A stretch of 64,000 nt of DNA, taken from Octopus vulgaris. Taxonomy: Eukaryota. This document shows, piece after piece, positions 13,817-31,008 of this stretch. Every line of letters starts with the position of its first letter. Within the stretch, counting starts at the first letter, position 1. The position numbers and the translations under genes were made by a program. Location of the stretch: positions 3,038,001 through 3,102,000 of the forward strand of contig OX597841.1 of assembly GCA_951406725.2 (NCBI GenBank), given 5' to 3'. The notes below the pieces were generated by a model. That model made no database searches and was not told where the DNA came from. It worked only from the letters and a program-made list of their open reading frames with translations.

Positions 13817-14542
13817 TCAGATGTGTTTATGACTGTTGCTCAATGTTTTCTGAACACTGTAAAAGATCCAACACGTGACATAGACAACAGCAACAGAAAC
13901 TACAAAGTCATGACCAGCAGGAAGGACTACAGAAAACTCATCTCTGGGTGAATCTTCAGTGAGTGATGTCATTCCCACCCCAACCTTGCATGAGGCTCCA
14001 TGAATCTGTTGGAGACTGTGGTCAAACCTAGGTGAAGAAGGATACTGCCAGGATGCTCTCTGTTTGACAAACATCCATTGAATAAAAGACAAGAAATACA
14101 TAAAAGGTGAACTGGCTTTTATTTAGATTATCAGCAAAAGAACTATTTCAAGTCGTTGATACATAAAGACATGGATTAGCTATGTTGTCCATTGTATAAA
14201 CATCTCCGAGAAGACAGGACAAGAGAGAAATGATACGTCTGTGGATTTAATGAATGAAGCATTTAAAAGATTATATGCAATAAATTCACAGAAATTTCTG
14301 AATGCAGTATATAATAAAGAACAATGTGTAGGGTTGCCAGGAAGACAACGAGTTTTGGTATGGAGGTCCTTACACCACGGAAAGGGAATGAATGAATGGT
14401 CAAGGAAGCAGCAGTTCAAAAGAGCAAAAACAAAATTTTAAAAATCTAAAATTTTTGGAAGTACTTCAGTCATAATTTCCATTGCATGACAAACAGGAAT
14501 ATTAAACATATAAAGCAAATAAGAAAAGAGAATCTACCCTTT

Positions 14543-16271
<1,729 letters not shown>

Positions 16272-17137
16272 TATTTTTCCTCTCAAATATCAGTTTATAT
16301 ATTTTTTCTTCTGAGGAATTGTTTCACAAGAATTCTCCCACAGATTTGTAAAACACAATCTGATACATCTGTTTTGTACAATATTTTCTTTTAGTCTTTA
16401 AAACGAGGATGTTTCTTCTGTTATGTCAATGTTGTCTGATGTTCTGAAATTATAGAGAAACAACAGTGTAAGATATTGTGGTTACTTAAAAAATACAAAT
16501 TCATTTCTAATGAGATCAATTAAGCTCGATGCCAACAGCTCCCTAAGGAAGTGCTGATCCCTCAAAGTAGAGGGAACATGTGGAAGTGGGACACCCAAGG
16601 AGACATGGGTGGAAGGGCTGATAAACGAACTTAGGATGCTGAACTTTTCAGGTGATATGACAAAGATCGAGATGCCTGGCACCTTGCTGTACTCAAGAAG
16701 ACCCGTACTCCACAGCAGAAGTACACTCATCCCTCTGGTGACGAAAAGCAATTGTGATTGTTCCTCATAAAAGCGGACAGGCAGTGCCATTTAAAAGTGC
16801 CTGTGCAGTACCATATAAAGCACCCTGTGCACTGCGAAGGGTTGGCACTGGGAAGGGCATCCAACTGTAGAAACGATGAGGAATCAAACTGGAGTCTGTT
16901 GCAGCTTCCCAGCCCTGCTCAAACCATCCAACCATGCCAACATAGACAATGGACATCAAAATTTACTCCACAGAATCTTGTGTGAAGCTGACATATTTGT
17001 AAACTACACTGACCCCTCCACATTGTGTAACAGTTTGAAAATAAAACCAAAGAATAGGGGACACTAACAATAGCCTTTGTCCAGAAAGATAATTTGAAAG
17101 TGTTGTTTAAACGTTTGAAATGCCAATTCTTTTTCAG

Positions 17138-17550
17138 ACGTCTGACAGCTGACTTGGCAGACACCCATAAAATTATCAACCATCGTACAAACAATAACTC
17201 TGAGCACCTCTTCAAACTCCACCCATTTAACACCCGTGGACATATTTACAAAGTCAGAAAACAGCACAGCTCCCATGACTTCAGGAAACATTTTTTTACG
17301 CTGAGAGTTGCTGAAGCATGGAACAAACTGCCGGCATCAGTTGTTGGTTGTCGGAGCACTGCATCCTTCAAAACTTCCATGCTTCCTGAGATTCACCAAC
17401 ACTACACCTGATTTTCTCCCCTCCATACACACACAAGCATGTATCTGACTCATACATTGTTCGCTTTCCAGACATTTCTACATTACTGCATGTAATTTAT
17501 ATGCACTTTCTGACAAGTTGTGGTGCACCTGAGCACTGTATACAATAATT

Positions 17551-17590
<40 letters not shown>

Positions 17591-17592
17591 CA
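17138..17592 (+). mobile_element. CR1-group LINE 3' fragment with (ATT)n tail
   Basis: TRGH..K..K....DFRKHFFTLRV..AWNKLP; absent from the paralogous intron of unit 2 (~11988). Confidence 0.85.
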
Positions 17593-17816
17593 TCTCCGCA
17601 CCCGAAAACTGGGGTGTCTGTAAAAAATATAAAATGAGAAAAAAAAAAAGCAAAAACCGAAGTGGGATTCGGGGTACAAAAGGAAGTCTTTCCGTTTTTT
17701 GCATATTCGGAATCTCCGTCATCGCAAACATGGGAATCCGTTGAGATTCTAAGAATAGAGGTGTGAAAAACCGAACGTCGACAGGATTAAAAACTTTGAA
17801 TATGTTCATTGTTTAA

Positions 17817-18000
17817 TACTTACGGAAATGCTTCATAAAGGATAGCGTTGTTATATGTGTGTATCTGAGAGTTGAGAAATAAATTACAAATACGTTTTAT
17901 AATAATTATAAAACGTATTAAAAGCTGACAAAAAGAAATTCACGCACAAAGCATTCACAACGGACACGAGATAGGAAATACGTTTCATGCGCATGCGTGT
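17817..18000 (-). promoter_or_regulatory. ZNF unit 3 putative promoter, first exon and donor
   Basis: Donor at 17823-17817; TGCGCATGCG 17988-17997. Confidence 0.65.
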
Positions 18001-18114
18001 CTCCTGCCTGTAATTTGTAGGACAGACAACTCTTCTTGAATCCCAATATATTTTAGTTTATTGCACCTGATCATATTTATATGTGTTTATGTGTGAATAT
18101 TTATACCTGAGTAA

Positions 18115-18735
18115 GGGCTGCAAGCTGGCAGAAACGTTTGCACGCCAAGGCGGCGAGATTGCAGCGGAAACGCTAGCGCGCCAAGGCGGCGAGATGGCAG
18201 AAACGTTAGCGCGCCGGGCGAAATGCTTTGCGGTATTTCGTCTGCGGTTACGTTCTCATTTCAAATTCCGCCGAGATCGACTTTGCCTTTCATCCTTTCG
18301 GGGTCGATAAATTAAGTAGTACCAGTTACGCACTGGGATCGATATAATCGACTTAATCCGTTTGGCCCCTTGTGGGTAGTAAAGAAATAGGTATTTCGTC
18401 TGTCTTTACGTTCTGTGTTCAAATTCCGCCGAGGTCGACTTTGCCCTTCATCCTTTCAGTGTCGTTTAAATAAGTACCAGTTACGCACTGGGGTAGATGC
18501 AATCGACTTAAACCCGTTTGTCTGTGTTTAGCCCCTTGTGGGTAGTAAAGAAATAGGTATTTCGTCTGTCTTTATGTTCTGGGTACAAATTCCGCCAGGG
18601 TCGATTTTGCCTTTCATCCTTTCAGTGTCGTTTAAATAAGTACCAGTTACGCACTGGGGTAGATGCAATCGACTTAAATCCGTTTGTCTGTCCTTGTCTG
18701 TGTTTAGCCCCTTGTGGGTAGTAAAGAAATAAGAA
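18115..18735 (+). mobile_element. SINE family A nested triplet (three heads, three bodies)
   Basis: Heads at ~18116, 18147 and 18183; bodies restart at ~18391 and 18557. Confidence 0.85.
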
Positions 18736-19444
18736 ATGTTAGCACGACGAGTCTCATGCTTCGCGTTTTTGCGTCTGTGTGGGTTGAATGTTTCGGGGTT
18801 AGATTTGTATTTTGTAATTGTTTTGGATTTTTGCTGTTCGCAGCGGTGGTGTGGTTCGAGAGATGGCAGGGAGGAGCGGGTGTTCTGGCCTCGGTGAGTC
18901 GGACCTGTCGACTTCGGAGGAGGAGGAGCTGGTGAGACCGGTCGACGGACTGGATGTGGCGTTGAACGGAGGAATGAGTTGTGCAGGAGTGGTGAGGCCA
19001 ACAGGCGGAGAGGTTAACCTTGCTAAGTTGCCAGAGGTCTTGGGGATGGGTGAGGAAGGTGGGCGGAGCGTGGAGTTGTCTCTGCCGGGGTGGGGTGGGG
19101 GGCGATGGGCTGTTTTAAAGGGAGAGCGGTAACGTGTAGGGTGTTTGCGACAGGTAAAGGAAAAGTGGAAACCGTGGAGGAGGCATTACGGACAGCAGCA
19201 GAAGGGGTAGTGTTCCAGACAGTAGGGGGTAGGTACGGTGCTGTCGTTGTGCAAGTTGAGTCGGAGGACAAGATGTAGAAGGTGAAGAATCCAAGTTCAT
19301 GCACTTCCAGGGCTCTTTCCTTTCAGAATCACTGAATGCAAGTCAGTCATTATCCGTCTGCACACACACACACACACCTCACACATCAATTTCTCCAAAC
19401 CAGAACACTTCATATTTTTGGTCCACTTTGTACTCTGCTTACTT

Positions 19445-19770
19445 TCTTTGACTCCGCCGGTTACGACGACGAGGGTCCCAGCTGATACGATCAACGGAAC
19501 AGCTTGCTCGTGAAATTAACGTGCAAATGGCTGAGCATTCCACAGACACGTGTACCCTTAACGTAGTTCTCGGGGATAATCAGCGTGACACAGAGAGTGA
19601 CAAGGCTGACCCTTTGAAATACAAGTACAACTCATTTTTGCCAGCTGAGTGGACTGGAGCAACGTGAAATAAAGTGTCTTGCTCAAGGACACAACGCGTC
19701 GCCGGGAATCGAACTCACAACCTTACGATCATGAGCTGAATGCCCTAACCACTAAGCCACGCGCCCTCAC
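19445..19770 (-). mobile_element. tRNA-derived SINE family D
   Basis: Minus head gcgtggcttagtggttag..gagttcgattcccgg, then gtgtccttgagcaagacac. Confidence 0.8.
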
Positions 19771-20861
19771 ACTCTGCTTACTAGAGAGTCCTGTTTCCTA
19801 GTTTCTCTTCTAACTACCAACTGCTCCCGTTCTTCCAACAGTGCCTCTCTGCTTCTACTGATCAGTATATTTCCCTGCTCCACCATCATGTCACCCTTCA
19901 CATGGCACCAGCCACAGATATGTTTTGCAGCATAACATGGATTGCTCCATCTGACCTACCAGTGGTCCTCCCTCTCTTTCTTTTCATCAAAGACTTTAAT
20001 TAGTGCATCTCTAAAGTATGCATGAGCTTCGAGGACATTCCGTTACAGATTGGTTGAAATCTGTGACTTTCTTGCTGTCAGTCGCAAGTCAGTAACTGAT
20101 AACCTATGCTGTGAAGTCCATTCTTTACCATTGACCAACTTTGCATTTACAAGTATCTACCTATCCTGCTTTCTGGTGAGAATTTAGCCAATCAGGATTC
20201 TGTAATCAGACTCATAGGTAATCATGTGGTTGGTAGGTTTCCCCAGGTTCTGAAGTTAGTAGTAACAAAAACAGGGTGGGGTTGAGAATGACCAGAATCT
20301 CTTCCAAAATGTTTTTTCTCAGTTTTACGAAAATCATCATAATCTAGACAACCGAAAATGTATCTCTGCAAAGTTTCATTTAAAGAAACTATTCTTCAGA
20401 CACTAACAAGGAATTAGTCTGGTAACTGAACTATACTTATGCCTCATGACCTTACTGTGTGGTCTCTTCTCTTTTGTACTTGAGGTTAGTGCTTAAGCAC
20501 ATATTTAACAATCTTACAAAATTCCTGTGAATGAAACAGCCATAACTTGTTATTGTATGATATATTTAATGGATGAAGCATTTAAAAGATTATAAGCAAT
20601 AAATTCACAGAAATTTGGGAATGCAGTATATAATAAAGAACAATGTGTAGGGTTGCCAGGAAGACAACGAGTTTTGGTATGGAGGTCCTTACACCACGGA
20701 AAGGGAATGAATGAATGGTCAAGGAAGCAGCAGTTCAAAAGAGCAAAAACAAAATTTTAAAAATCTAAAATTTTTGGAAGTACTTCAGTCATAATTTCCA
20801 TTGCATGACACACAGGAATAGTAAACATATAAAGCAAATAAGAAAAGAGAACCAACCCTTT

Positions 20862-22439
20862 TCATTTCTCCCTACTATGAATATGTTTGTGTTTTGTTAA
20901 CTTACTATTCTGATAGAAGGATTTACCACAGATATCACAGTGATATGGCCTCTCTCCTGTATGAATACGTTTATGAGTAGTTAGTGTACTATTTTGAGAG
21001 AAAGATTCACCGCAAATGTCACAGTGATATGGCTTCTCTCCTGTATGAATACGTTTGTGCGCAGTTAAGATACTATTATGAGAGAATGATTCACCACAGA
21101 TATTACAATGATATGGTCTCTCTCCAGTATGAATACGTCTGTGTGATGTTAAAGCACTATTATGAGAGAATGGTTTACCACAAATATCACAATGGTATGG
21201 CTTCTCCCCTGTATGAATACGTCTGTGTACAGTTAATTGAATACTTTGGGAGAATGATTTACCACAGATGTCACAATGATATGGTCTTTCTCCTGTATGA
21301 ATACGTTTGTGCGCTACTAAGGCACAATTGCCAGAGAATGATTTACCACAAATATCACAGTGATATGGCTTCTCTCCTGTATGAATAGGTTTGTGTTTAG
21401 CTAAGTCACCATTTAGAGAGAATGATTTGCCACAGACATCACAATGGTATGGCTTCTCTCCTGTATGAACACTTTTGTGTCCCTTTAAGGTGTTACTTTG
21501 AGAGAAAGATTTACCACATATATCACAGTGGTATGGCTTCTCTCCAGTATGAATACGTCTGTGAGATGTTAAGGCACTATTATTAGAGCATGGTTTACCA
21601 CAAATATCACATTGATATGGCTTCCCTCGTGTTTGAGTATGATTGTGTGATTTTAAGGATCTTTTACTAGAGAACCGTTTGCCGCAAATATCACAGTGAT
21701 ATGGCTTCTCTCCTGTATGAATACGTATGTGTTTTGTTAAGGCATGACTTTCAGAGAATGATTTACCACAGATATCACAATTATATGGTTTCTCTCCCGT
21801 GTGAATACGTATGTGTGTAGATAAGTGAATACTTTGAGAGAATGATTTACCACAGATATCACAATGATATGGTTTCTCTCCTGCATGAATACGTCTGTGT
21901 TCAGTTAAGTGATTTCTTTGAGAGAATGATTTACCACAGACATCACAATGATATGGTTTCTCACCTGTATGAATACGTTTGTGCACAGTAATGTAACTAC
22001 TTCGAGAGAACGATTTACCACAGATATCGCAATGATACGGCTTCTCTCCTGTATGAGAACGTTTGTGCTTTGTTACGTCGCTAATGTTAAAGAATGATTT
22101 ACCACAGACATCACACTGATAAGGTTTGTCTCCTGTATGAATACGTTTGTGTAGAGATAAATTTCTACCGGACGAGAATGATTTACCACAAATGTCACAA
22201 GGGTAGGGTTTCTCTCCTGAATGAGAACGTATGTGTAGAGATAACTTACTACTGCAAGAGAATGATTTAGTACAAATGTCACAAGGATAGGGTTTCTCTC
22301 CTCTATGAGTACGTTTGTGCATAGTTAGGTCACATTTTTGAAGGAAGGACTTTGTACAGATATCACAATCATATGAACTCATCTCTTTTGTCATGGGTTC
22401 AGGGGAAATCAATTCTACACTTTTCTCACTCTTTTCCAT
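20862..22439 (-). CDS. C2H2 zinc-finger protein unit 4, 18 fingers
   Basis: Intact ORF, ATG 22439; exon start 22610. Confidence 0.9.
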   Translation of the reverse strand: MEKSEKSVELISPEPMTKEMSSYDCDICTKSFLQKCDLTMHKRTHRGEKPYPCDICTKSFSCSSKLSLHIRSHSGEKPYPCDICGKSFSSGRNLSLHKRIHTGDKPYQCDVCGKSFFNISDVTKHKRSHTGEKPYHCDICGKSFSRSSYITVHKRIHTGEKPYHCDVCGKSFSQRNHLTEHRRIHAGEKPYHCDICGKSFSQSIHLSTHIRIHTGEKPYNCDICGKSFSESHALTKHIRIHTGEKPYHCDICGKRFSSKRSLKSHNHTQTRGKPYQCDICGKPCSNNSALTSHRRIHTGEKPYHCDICGKSFSQSNTLKGHKSVHTGEKPYHCDVCGKSFSLNGDLAKHKPIHTGEKPYHCDICGKSFSGNCALVAHKRIHTGERPYHCDICGKSFSQSIQLTVHRRIHTGEKPYHCDICGKPFSHNSALTSHRRIHTGERPYHCNICGESFSHNSILTAHKRIHTGEKPYHCDICGESFSQNSTLTTHKRIHTGERPYHCDICGKSFYQNSKLTKHKHIHSREK

Positions 22440-23049
22440 TATTTTTCCTCTCAAATATCAGTTTATATATTTTTCTTCTGAGGAATTGTTTCACAAGAAT
22501 TCTTCCACAGATTTTTAAAATACAATCTGATACATCTGTTTTGTACAATATTTTCTTTTAGTCTTTGAAACGAGGATGTTTCTTCTGTTATGTCAATGTT
22601 GTCTGATGTTCTGAAATTATAGAGAAACAACAGTGTAAGATATTGTGGTTACTTAAAAAATACAAATTCATTTCTAATGAGATCAACTAAGCTGGATGCC
22701 AACAGCTCCCTAAGGAAATGCTGATCACTCAAAGTAGAGGGAACACGTGGAAATGGGACACCCATGAAGACATGGGAGGAAGGGCTGATAAACGAGTGAA
22801 GTGAACCACAACACAGCATCCTGGTGTCATGGTAACTAGCTGCTAATGCCACACTGTTGATTGGCTAAAATTACCCAAATTTCTCAACTTTAATTCCAAA
22901 TAACATCAGATTCTTCAATTTACAAGATAAAATAATCGGTTGATCGTAAAATAATTGGATGCGCAAGTGCGCGCCCCGGGACCACTCTTCTACGACAGAT
23001 ATGTAAAATCTATTTTTTGTGCTTCTTTCTCTGCTCATTCGGACAAACT

Positions 23050-23490
23050 GTAGTTAGTTAATTAGTTAATTTTTTGGCTCAAAAAGCAAAAAGCAAGGCC
23101 ATGTAGGGGGACATGGAGTTATGTATAGGGTGGTGTTCATGCAAAGAGTTCAGGCCATTTCTGGTCAAGGGAGACTTTGAACCGAGCGGTCGTCGGCATC
23201 TTCACTATGTCGTCCGGCAGCTTATTCCACGGATCCGCAACCCGGACGGAGAAAGCCCCTCTCCTTCGATTGAGATGAAATCGTCGCAGATGGAGCTTTT
23301 CGGAGTGACCCCCGCAGCCGACGCTCTGGAGCAGGAGTGAAGAACAGCTCTTTCGAGAGGTTACACTTTCCGCTTATGATGTTGTGAGCAAGAATGAGAT
23401 CACCACGGCGTCGACGTTTTTCTAGAGAATAAAGGTCGAGCGTCTTCAGCCTTTCTTAATAAGACAAATTCTTGAGACCAAGAACCACCA
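23050..23490 (-). mobile_element. CR1-like LINE 3' fragment (paralogous copy 29740-30180)
   Basis: LYSLEKRRRRGDLI..LRGH..KL...RF.LNRR..AFSVR..DPWNKL; (TAAC)n tail. Confidence 0.85.
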
Positions 23491-24036
23491 TATTCTTAAT
23501 CTCCATATTTTTCAGCGTGGATTGAAACGAAAAATTTCGAAAAAAAGTTAAAAATCAAGTTGGAGGGGAATTAAAAATTTTGAAAACGTAGTTTTTTTTT
23601 GCATATTCGGTATCTCCGTCATCGAAAATATGGGAGACAGGAAAAAGAAAAAAAAAAAAAAAGGTCTGTTGGGGAGTGGGGGGACTAGGTGCTAGGTTCG
23701 CCTAATTTTAATGGTTTTTGGTGCCGTAAAAGCGAGTGGAAATCAATTTCTGTGACTTTGAAAAAATCCCACTCAAATCGGATATTATCCAACTTATGTA
23801 TATGAGCAATTCCGCACAAATCAAGGACATCTCCCATTCATAGCTAGAAATAGCAGCCAAATCCCGCACAAATCAAGGACATCTCCCATTCATAAAACGT
23901 AAGAAAATACACAAAGATTCGTCGCGCCAAAGACCGAAAGTCTACAGAATTAAACGTAAGAAAATACACAAAGATTCGTCGCGCCAAAGACCGAAAGTCT
24001 ACAGAGTTAAAAACAATGAAAATTTTCTTTGCTTAA

Positions 24037-24215
24037 TACTTACGGAAATGCTTCATAAAGGATGGTGTTGTTTTATACGTGTGTGTCTGGGAGTTGAGAA
24101 ATGCGATATAAGAATTATAAAAGTATTAGAAGAAGATTTCGAGGAATTCACGCACCTGGACATCGGAAACGAAAATGAACATGAAGCAGGAAGTAGGTCC
24201 AATGCGCATGCGTGT
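24037..24215 (-). promoter_or_regulatory. ZNF unit 4 putative promoter, first exon and donor
   Basis: Donor 24043-24037; CAGGAAGT 24187-24194; TGCGCATGCG 24203-24212. Confidence 0.65.
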
Positions 24216-24944
24216 CTTCTGGCAGTAATAATTGATACACATAACTCTCCTTACATCCCTTTATATTTTCGTTTATTGCACCTGATTACATTTTATTTAC
24301 GTGTGTGTGTGTTTTGTGTTAATATCTATATCTGAGTAAGGGCAACGAATTATTGTTTGTCCTCTCTGTGTTTAGCCCCTTGTGGGTAGTAAAGAAATAG
24401 GTAGTTCGTCTGTCTTTACGTTCTGAGTTCAAATTCCGCCGAGGTCGAATTTGCCTTTCATCCTTTTGGAGTCAATACATTAAGTACCAGTTGCCTGATG
24501 AGGTCAATCTAAGCGACTGGTCCCTTCCCAAAATAAATTTGAGCCTAGTGCATCTAGTAGTAAAGAATATTTTGTCATGCCAATGCCACCTTCCCCCTTC
24601 TTCTTGATGAAAGACGGGCAGCGAAAGTGCTGTTTTCTGATTGGCTGAAAATTCTGAAAAATGTTCTAACTTTGAATTCCTCTAACGTTTTTGCAAAATT
24701 TTTCTAGAATAAATGAATAACAAATTCGGATTCAGCTTCAAAAACTATATCTACATGATACATTAGAAAGTGTTTTTTAAAGCTAATTGTAAAATAGGAT
24801 GAAAACCTCAAACATCCCATGGAAAGATCTTTGCATTTGTTACGATAGAAATAGAAAATTTCGCCACGGTGTTATGTAAAATACTCACTTCTGATTGGCT
24901 AAAATACCCAAAGTTCGCAAATTTTAGAAACTAACTTTTTGATT

Positions 24945-25335
24945 ACTCTTTACTCTTTCACTTGTTTCAGTCATTTGACTGCGGCCATGCTGGAGCACCA
25001 CCTTTTAGTCGAGCAACTCGACCCCGGGACTTATTCTTTGTAAGCCCAGTACTTATTCTATCGGTCTCTTTTGCCGAACCGCTAAGTGATGGGGACGTAA
25101 ACACATCAGCATCGGTTGTCAAGCAATGCTAGGGCGACAAACACAGACACACAAATACATATATATATATATATACATATATACGACAGGCTTCTTTCAG
25201 TTTCCGTCTACCAAATCCACTCACAAGGCATTGGTCGGCCCGGGGCTATAGCAGAAGACACTTGCCCAAGGTGCCACGCAGTGGGACTGAACCCGGAAGC
25301 ATGTGGTTGGTTAGCAAGCTACTTACCACACAGCC
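24945..25335 (-). mobile_element. SINE family B
   Basis: Near-complete reverse copy. Confidence 0.85.
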
Positions 25336-25517
25336 AAGGAGAAATTAATTTTTCTTTTCATGATTAGTATACCAAATTTGAAAACAACTGAAACAAAATT
25401 GTAAACAGTGATGGAAACCACAATGATCTGAACTATGTTATGCATAGCTGATTGTGAAGAACTGTTTCCATAGTAACGTGTGTGTGTGTTCGTGTTAATA
25501 TTCATATCTGAGTAAGG

Positions 25518-26040
25518 GCAGCGAATTATTAGAAATCTTAGCATGCTGGGCGAAAAACTGAATGGTAATTTCGTCTGCCGCTACGTTCTGAGTTCAAATT
25601 CCGCCGAGGTCGTCTTTGCCTTTCATCTTTTCGGGGTCGATTAAATAAGTACAAGTTACGCACTGGGATCGATATAATCGATTTTATCCCTTCGTCTGTC
25701 TTCGTTTGTCCTCCCTGTGTTTAGCCCCTTGTGGGTAGTAAAGAAATAGGTATTTCGTCTGCTGCTACGTTCTGAGTTCGAATTCCGCCGAGGTCGTCTT
25801 TGCCTTTCATCCTTTCGGGGTCGATTAAATAAGTACCAGTTATGCACTGCGATCGATATAATCGACTTTATCCCTTTGTCTGTCCTTGTTTGTCCTCCCT
25901 GCGTTTAGCCCCTTGTGAGTAGTAAAGAAATAGGTATTTCGTCTGCTGCTACGTTCTGAGTTCAAATTCCGCCGAGGTCGTCTTTGCCTTTCATCCTTTC
26001 GGGGTCGATTAAATAAGTACAAGTTAGGCACTGGGATCAC
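25518..26040 (+). mobile_element. SINE family A stack (one head, three bodies)
   Basis: Bodies restart at ~25750 and 25934; paralogous site 31131-31287 has one body. Confidence 0.8.
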
Positions 26041-26332
26041 ATGGAGGAAAAGGAGATACGAGAAGGATAACTGGATCTTTGTGGTTTTAATTACTGTTTA
26101 CAATTATCTTGAAAAGAATATTTTAATGTTTCATATTGATGGGATATTTGACGCTGAATCCGAATTCGATATTCGTGGATTCCTTATGTGTTTAAATATA
26201 CACTGTATCGTATGACTAATATATAGTCTCTTTGACTAAATTTTTTTACACGTTAGACCACTGGAAATGTAAATTTTAGTTAAATGTTTTTAATTTTAAT
26301 TAAATTCCATTTCCCTTTGATATGATTACATA

Positions 26333-26410
<78 letters not shown>

Positions 26411-26414
26411 AGTG

Positions 26415-26605
26415 TGCGGGTGGCACGTAAAAAGCACCCACTACACTCACGGAGTGGTTGGCGTTAGGAAGGGCATCCAGCCGTAGAAACACTGCCAGAT
26501 TTGACTGGGCCTGATGAAGCCTTCTGGCTTCACAGACCCCAGTAGAACCGTCCAACCCATGCTAGCATGGAAAACGGACGCTAAACGACGATGATGATGA
26601 TGATA
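26415..26605 (+). mobile_element. SINE-like family C with (GAT)n tail
   Basis: ggcgttaggaagggcatccagccgtagaaac core; other copies 39455-39825, 45920-46250, 49840-50613, 61740-62170. Confidence 0.75.
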
Positions 26606-26733
26606 AGTGTATTGGTATCTAGAAGACACAAAGAGTGGCTGGAAACACTAAGTAAGTGCTATGGACAGAACGTAGTTAAACTCTTGGTTCGATAATAATA
26701 TGAGGAGTTTAATGTGGGTCTTGTATCAGCATA

Positions 26734-27105
<372 letters not shown>

Positions 27106-27176
27106 TAGACAAAAAGAGATAACAAAGTCAAGGTTGTGAGGAGTTTTCAGGACATTTATAAGGAGATATAGATATA

Positions 27177-27224
27177 GTCTTACAGCCGTTTCTGGGATAT
27201 TATGGATATCCCTTCATCAGAGAC
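27177..27224 (-). ncRNA. Type I hammerhead ribozyme (Penelope-like remnant)
   Basis: GTCT-CTGATGA-A-GGGATAT(ccata)ATATCCC-A-GAAAC-GGCT-GTA-AGAC; helix I GTCT/AGAC, 7-bp helix II. Confidence 0.75.
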
Positions 27225-28197
27225 GATGTGAGTTGGTTAAATAGAGATAAATATTTGAGTTCGAAATAAGGAATTATTGTAGGGAATATAGAGGGAAATA
27301 AGAGAATGAAAGTAGAAGTCAAATACAAAATATTGTAGTTGCAGTTCCATTATTCAAGTAAAGTGGTGTATAGAAGTGGTAAAAAAGTTTCCTATACATG
27401 GTATGTAAGTTTCGATAGTAGTTCATGTTTAGTTATTTCTAAGTGTGGTGCCGTGGATTCGGTGTTGCTCATTCAAAGGGGTTTTGTGGTGTGAATGAAA
27501 ATTTGAGAATGTATTGGGAGTATCTGTGGATAGATGGGGGTGGGGGAAGAGATGTGCATGATTAGAATGAGGAGGTTGGTCAAAATGAAGACAGGAAGAG
27601 AAAATGAGAGGAAAAAAGAAAAGGGACAAAAAATAATAAAAAGAGAGTAGAAAACATTGAAAAGGGTGAAAAAAAAAGGAAAGTGAAGAAAGGGTGAAAG
27701 AAGTGAGAAAAGAAGTGTTAGTCGATGGTCAAGATGTGAGGGGAGGATAGGAGAGGAGTTGGGAGGGGTGTATAGGAAGAGATGCACCAGCACATATGTA
27801 GATGGGTATGTACGTATATCAAAATCATACATATACATACTCTACTTTTTCCTTGCTAAAGTGTCCTGTTTCCTAGCTTCTCTTACAGCTACCAACTGCT
27901 CCCATTCTTACAAGACTGTCTCTCTGCTTCTACTGCTCTAAGCAATAAATTCACGGAAATTTGTGGATGCAGTCTCCAATAAAGAATAAAGTGTAGGATC
28001 GTCAGGAGGATGAGAAGTTTTGGTACAGAAGTCCTTACACCATGGAAAAGGAATGCATGAATGGTCAAGGAAGCAGCAGAAAGAGAAAATTACAAAAAGG
28101 AAAACATCTAATAATTTTGGAAATACTTCAGTCATAATTTCCATTGTATAACACAGAGGAATATTAAACATATATGGCAAATAAGAAACTGCAGAAA

Positions 28198-28992
<795 letters not shown>

Positions 28993-30828
28993 TTACACTT
29001 TATTCCTTATATACACTTCTACTGTTGTATTTCTGTCCAGTGTCACCTTTGTTTAGCAACACTTAAATCAAATTATCCAACTTTATTCAGAACACAGGTC
29101 CCTCTTCTTGACACTCCAGTCGGTGATGTTCAGAAATTTTATAAATAATACTATTGCAGAGCAAATGTTTCACAAGAATTCTTCCACAGATTTGTAAAAT
29201 ACAATCTGATACATTTGTTTTGTACAATATTTTCTTTTAGTCTTTGAAACGTGGTAGATGTTGAGGATGTTTCTTCTGTTATGTCAATGTTGTCTGATGT
29301 TCTGAAATTATAGAGAAACAACAGTGTAAGGTATTGTGGTTACTTAAAGAATACAAATTCATTTCTAATGAGATCAATTAAGCTGGATGCCAACAGCTCC
29401 CTAAGGAAGTGCTGATCCCTCAAAGTAGAGGGAACATGTGGAAATGGGACACCCGTGAAGACATGGGAGGAAGGGCTGATAAACGAGTGAATTGAACCAC
29501 AACACAGCATCCTGGTGTCATGGTAACTAGCTGCTAATGCCACACTGTTGATTGGCTAAAATTACCCAAATTTCTCAACTTTAATTCCAAATAACATCAG
29601 ATTCTTCAATTTACAAGATAAAATAATTGATTGATCGTAAAACAATTGGATGCGCGAGTGCGCGCCCCGGGACCACTCTTCTACGACAGATATGTAAAAT
29701 CTATTTTTTTGTACTTCTTTCTCTGCTCATTTGGACAAACTGTAGTTAGTTAGTTAGTTAATTTTTTGGCTCAAAAAGCAAAAAGCAAGGCCATGTAGGG
29801 GGGCATGGAGTTATATACAGGGTGGTGTTCATGCAAAGAGTTAAGGCCATTTCTGGTCAAGGGAGACTTTGAACCGAGCGGTCGTCGGCATCTTCACCAT
29901 CTCATCTGACAGCTTATTCCACGGATCCACAGCCCGGACAGAGAAAGCCCCTCTCCTTCGATTGAGATGAAATCGTCGCAGATAGAGCTTTTCGGAGTGA
30001 CCCCGCAGCCGACGCTCTGGAGCAGGAGTGAAGAACAGCTCTTTCGAGAGGTTACACTTTCCGCTTATGATGTTGTGAGCAAGAATGAGATCACCACGGC
30101 GTCGACGTTTTTCTAGAGAATAAAGGTCGAGCGTCTTCAAGCCTTTCTTAATAAGACAAATTCTTGAGACCAAGAACCACCATATTCTTAATCTCCATAT
30201 TTTTCAACGTGGATTGAAACAAAAACTTTCGAAAAAAAGTTAAAAATCAAGTTGGAGGGGAATTAAAAATTTTGAAAACGTAGTTTTGTTTTGCATATTC
30301 GGTATCTCCGTCATCGAAAATATGGGGGACAGGGAAAAAAAAAAAAAAAAAAAAAGTCTGTTGGGGGGTGGGGGGAATAGGCGCTATGTCCGCAGAATTT
30401 CAATGGTTTTGGTGCCGTAAAAGCGAGTGGAAATCAATTTCCGTGATTTTGAAAAAATCCCACTCAAATCGGATATTATCCAACTTATGTATATGAACAA
30501 TTCCGCACAAATCAAGGACAAATCTGCCTTCCATAGCTAGAAATAGCAGCCAAATCCCGCACTAATCAAGGACATCTCCCATTCATAGCTAGAAATAGCA
30601 GTCAAATCCCGCACAAATCAAGGACATCTCCCATTCATAGCTAGAAATAGCAGCCAAATCCCGCACAAATCAAGGACATCTCCCATTCATAGCCAGAAAT
30701 AGCAGCCAAATCCTGCACAAATCAAGGACATCTCCCATTCATAAAACGTAAGAAAAGACACAAAGAATCGACGCGCCAAAGACCGAAAGTCTACAGAATA
30801 AAAAACAACGAAAATTTTCTTTGCTTAA

Positions 30829-31008
30829 TACTAACGGAAATGCTTCATAAAGGATAGTGTTGTTATATATGTGTGTGTCTGGCAGTTGAGAAATGCGTTA
30901 TAAGAACTATAAAAGTATTAGAAGAAGATTTCGAGGAATTCACGCACCTGGACATCGGAAACGAAAATGAACATGAATTAGGAAGTACGTCCAATGCGCA
31001 TGCGTGTC
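30829..31008 (-). promoter_or_regulatory. ZNF unit 5 putative promoter, first exon and donor
   Basis: Donor variant GTTAGTA 30835-30829; AGGAAGT 30980-30986; TGCGCATGCG 30995-31004. Confidence 0.6.

Noticed and set aside
18770-19310. GC-rich Pro/Thr-rich segment with several ORFs
   Set aside because: Possibly a decayed retroelement ORF1, but no motif I can support
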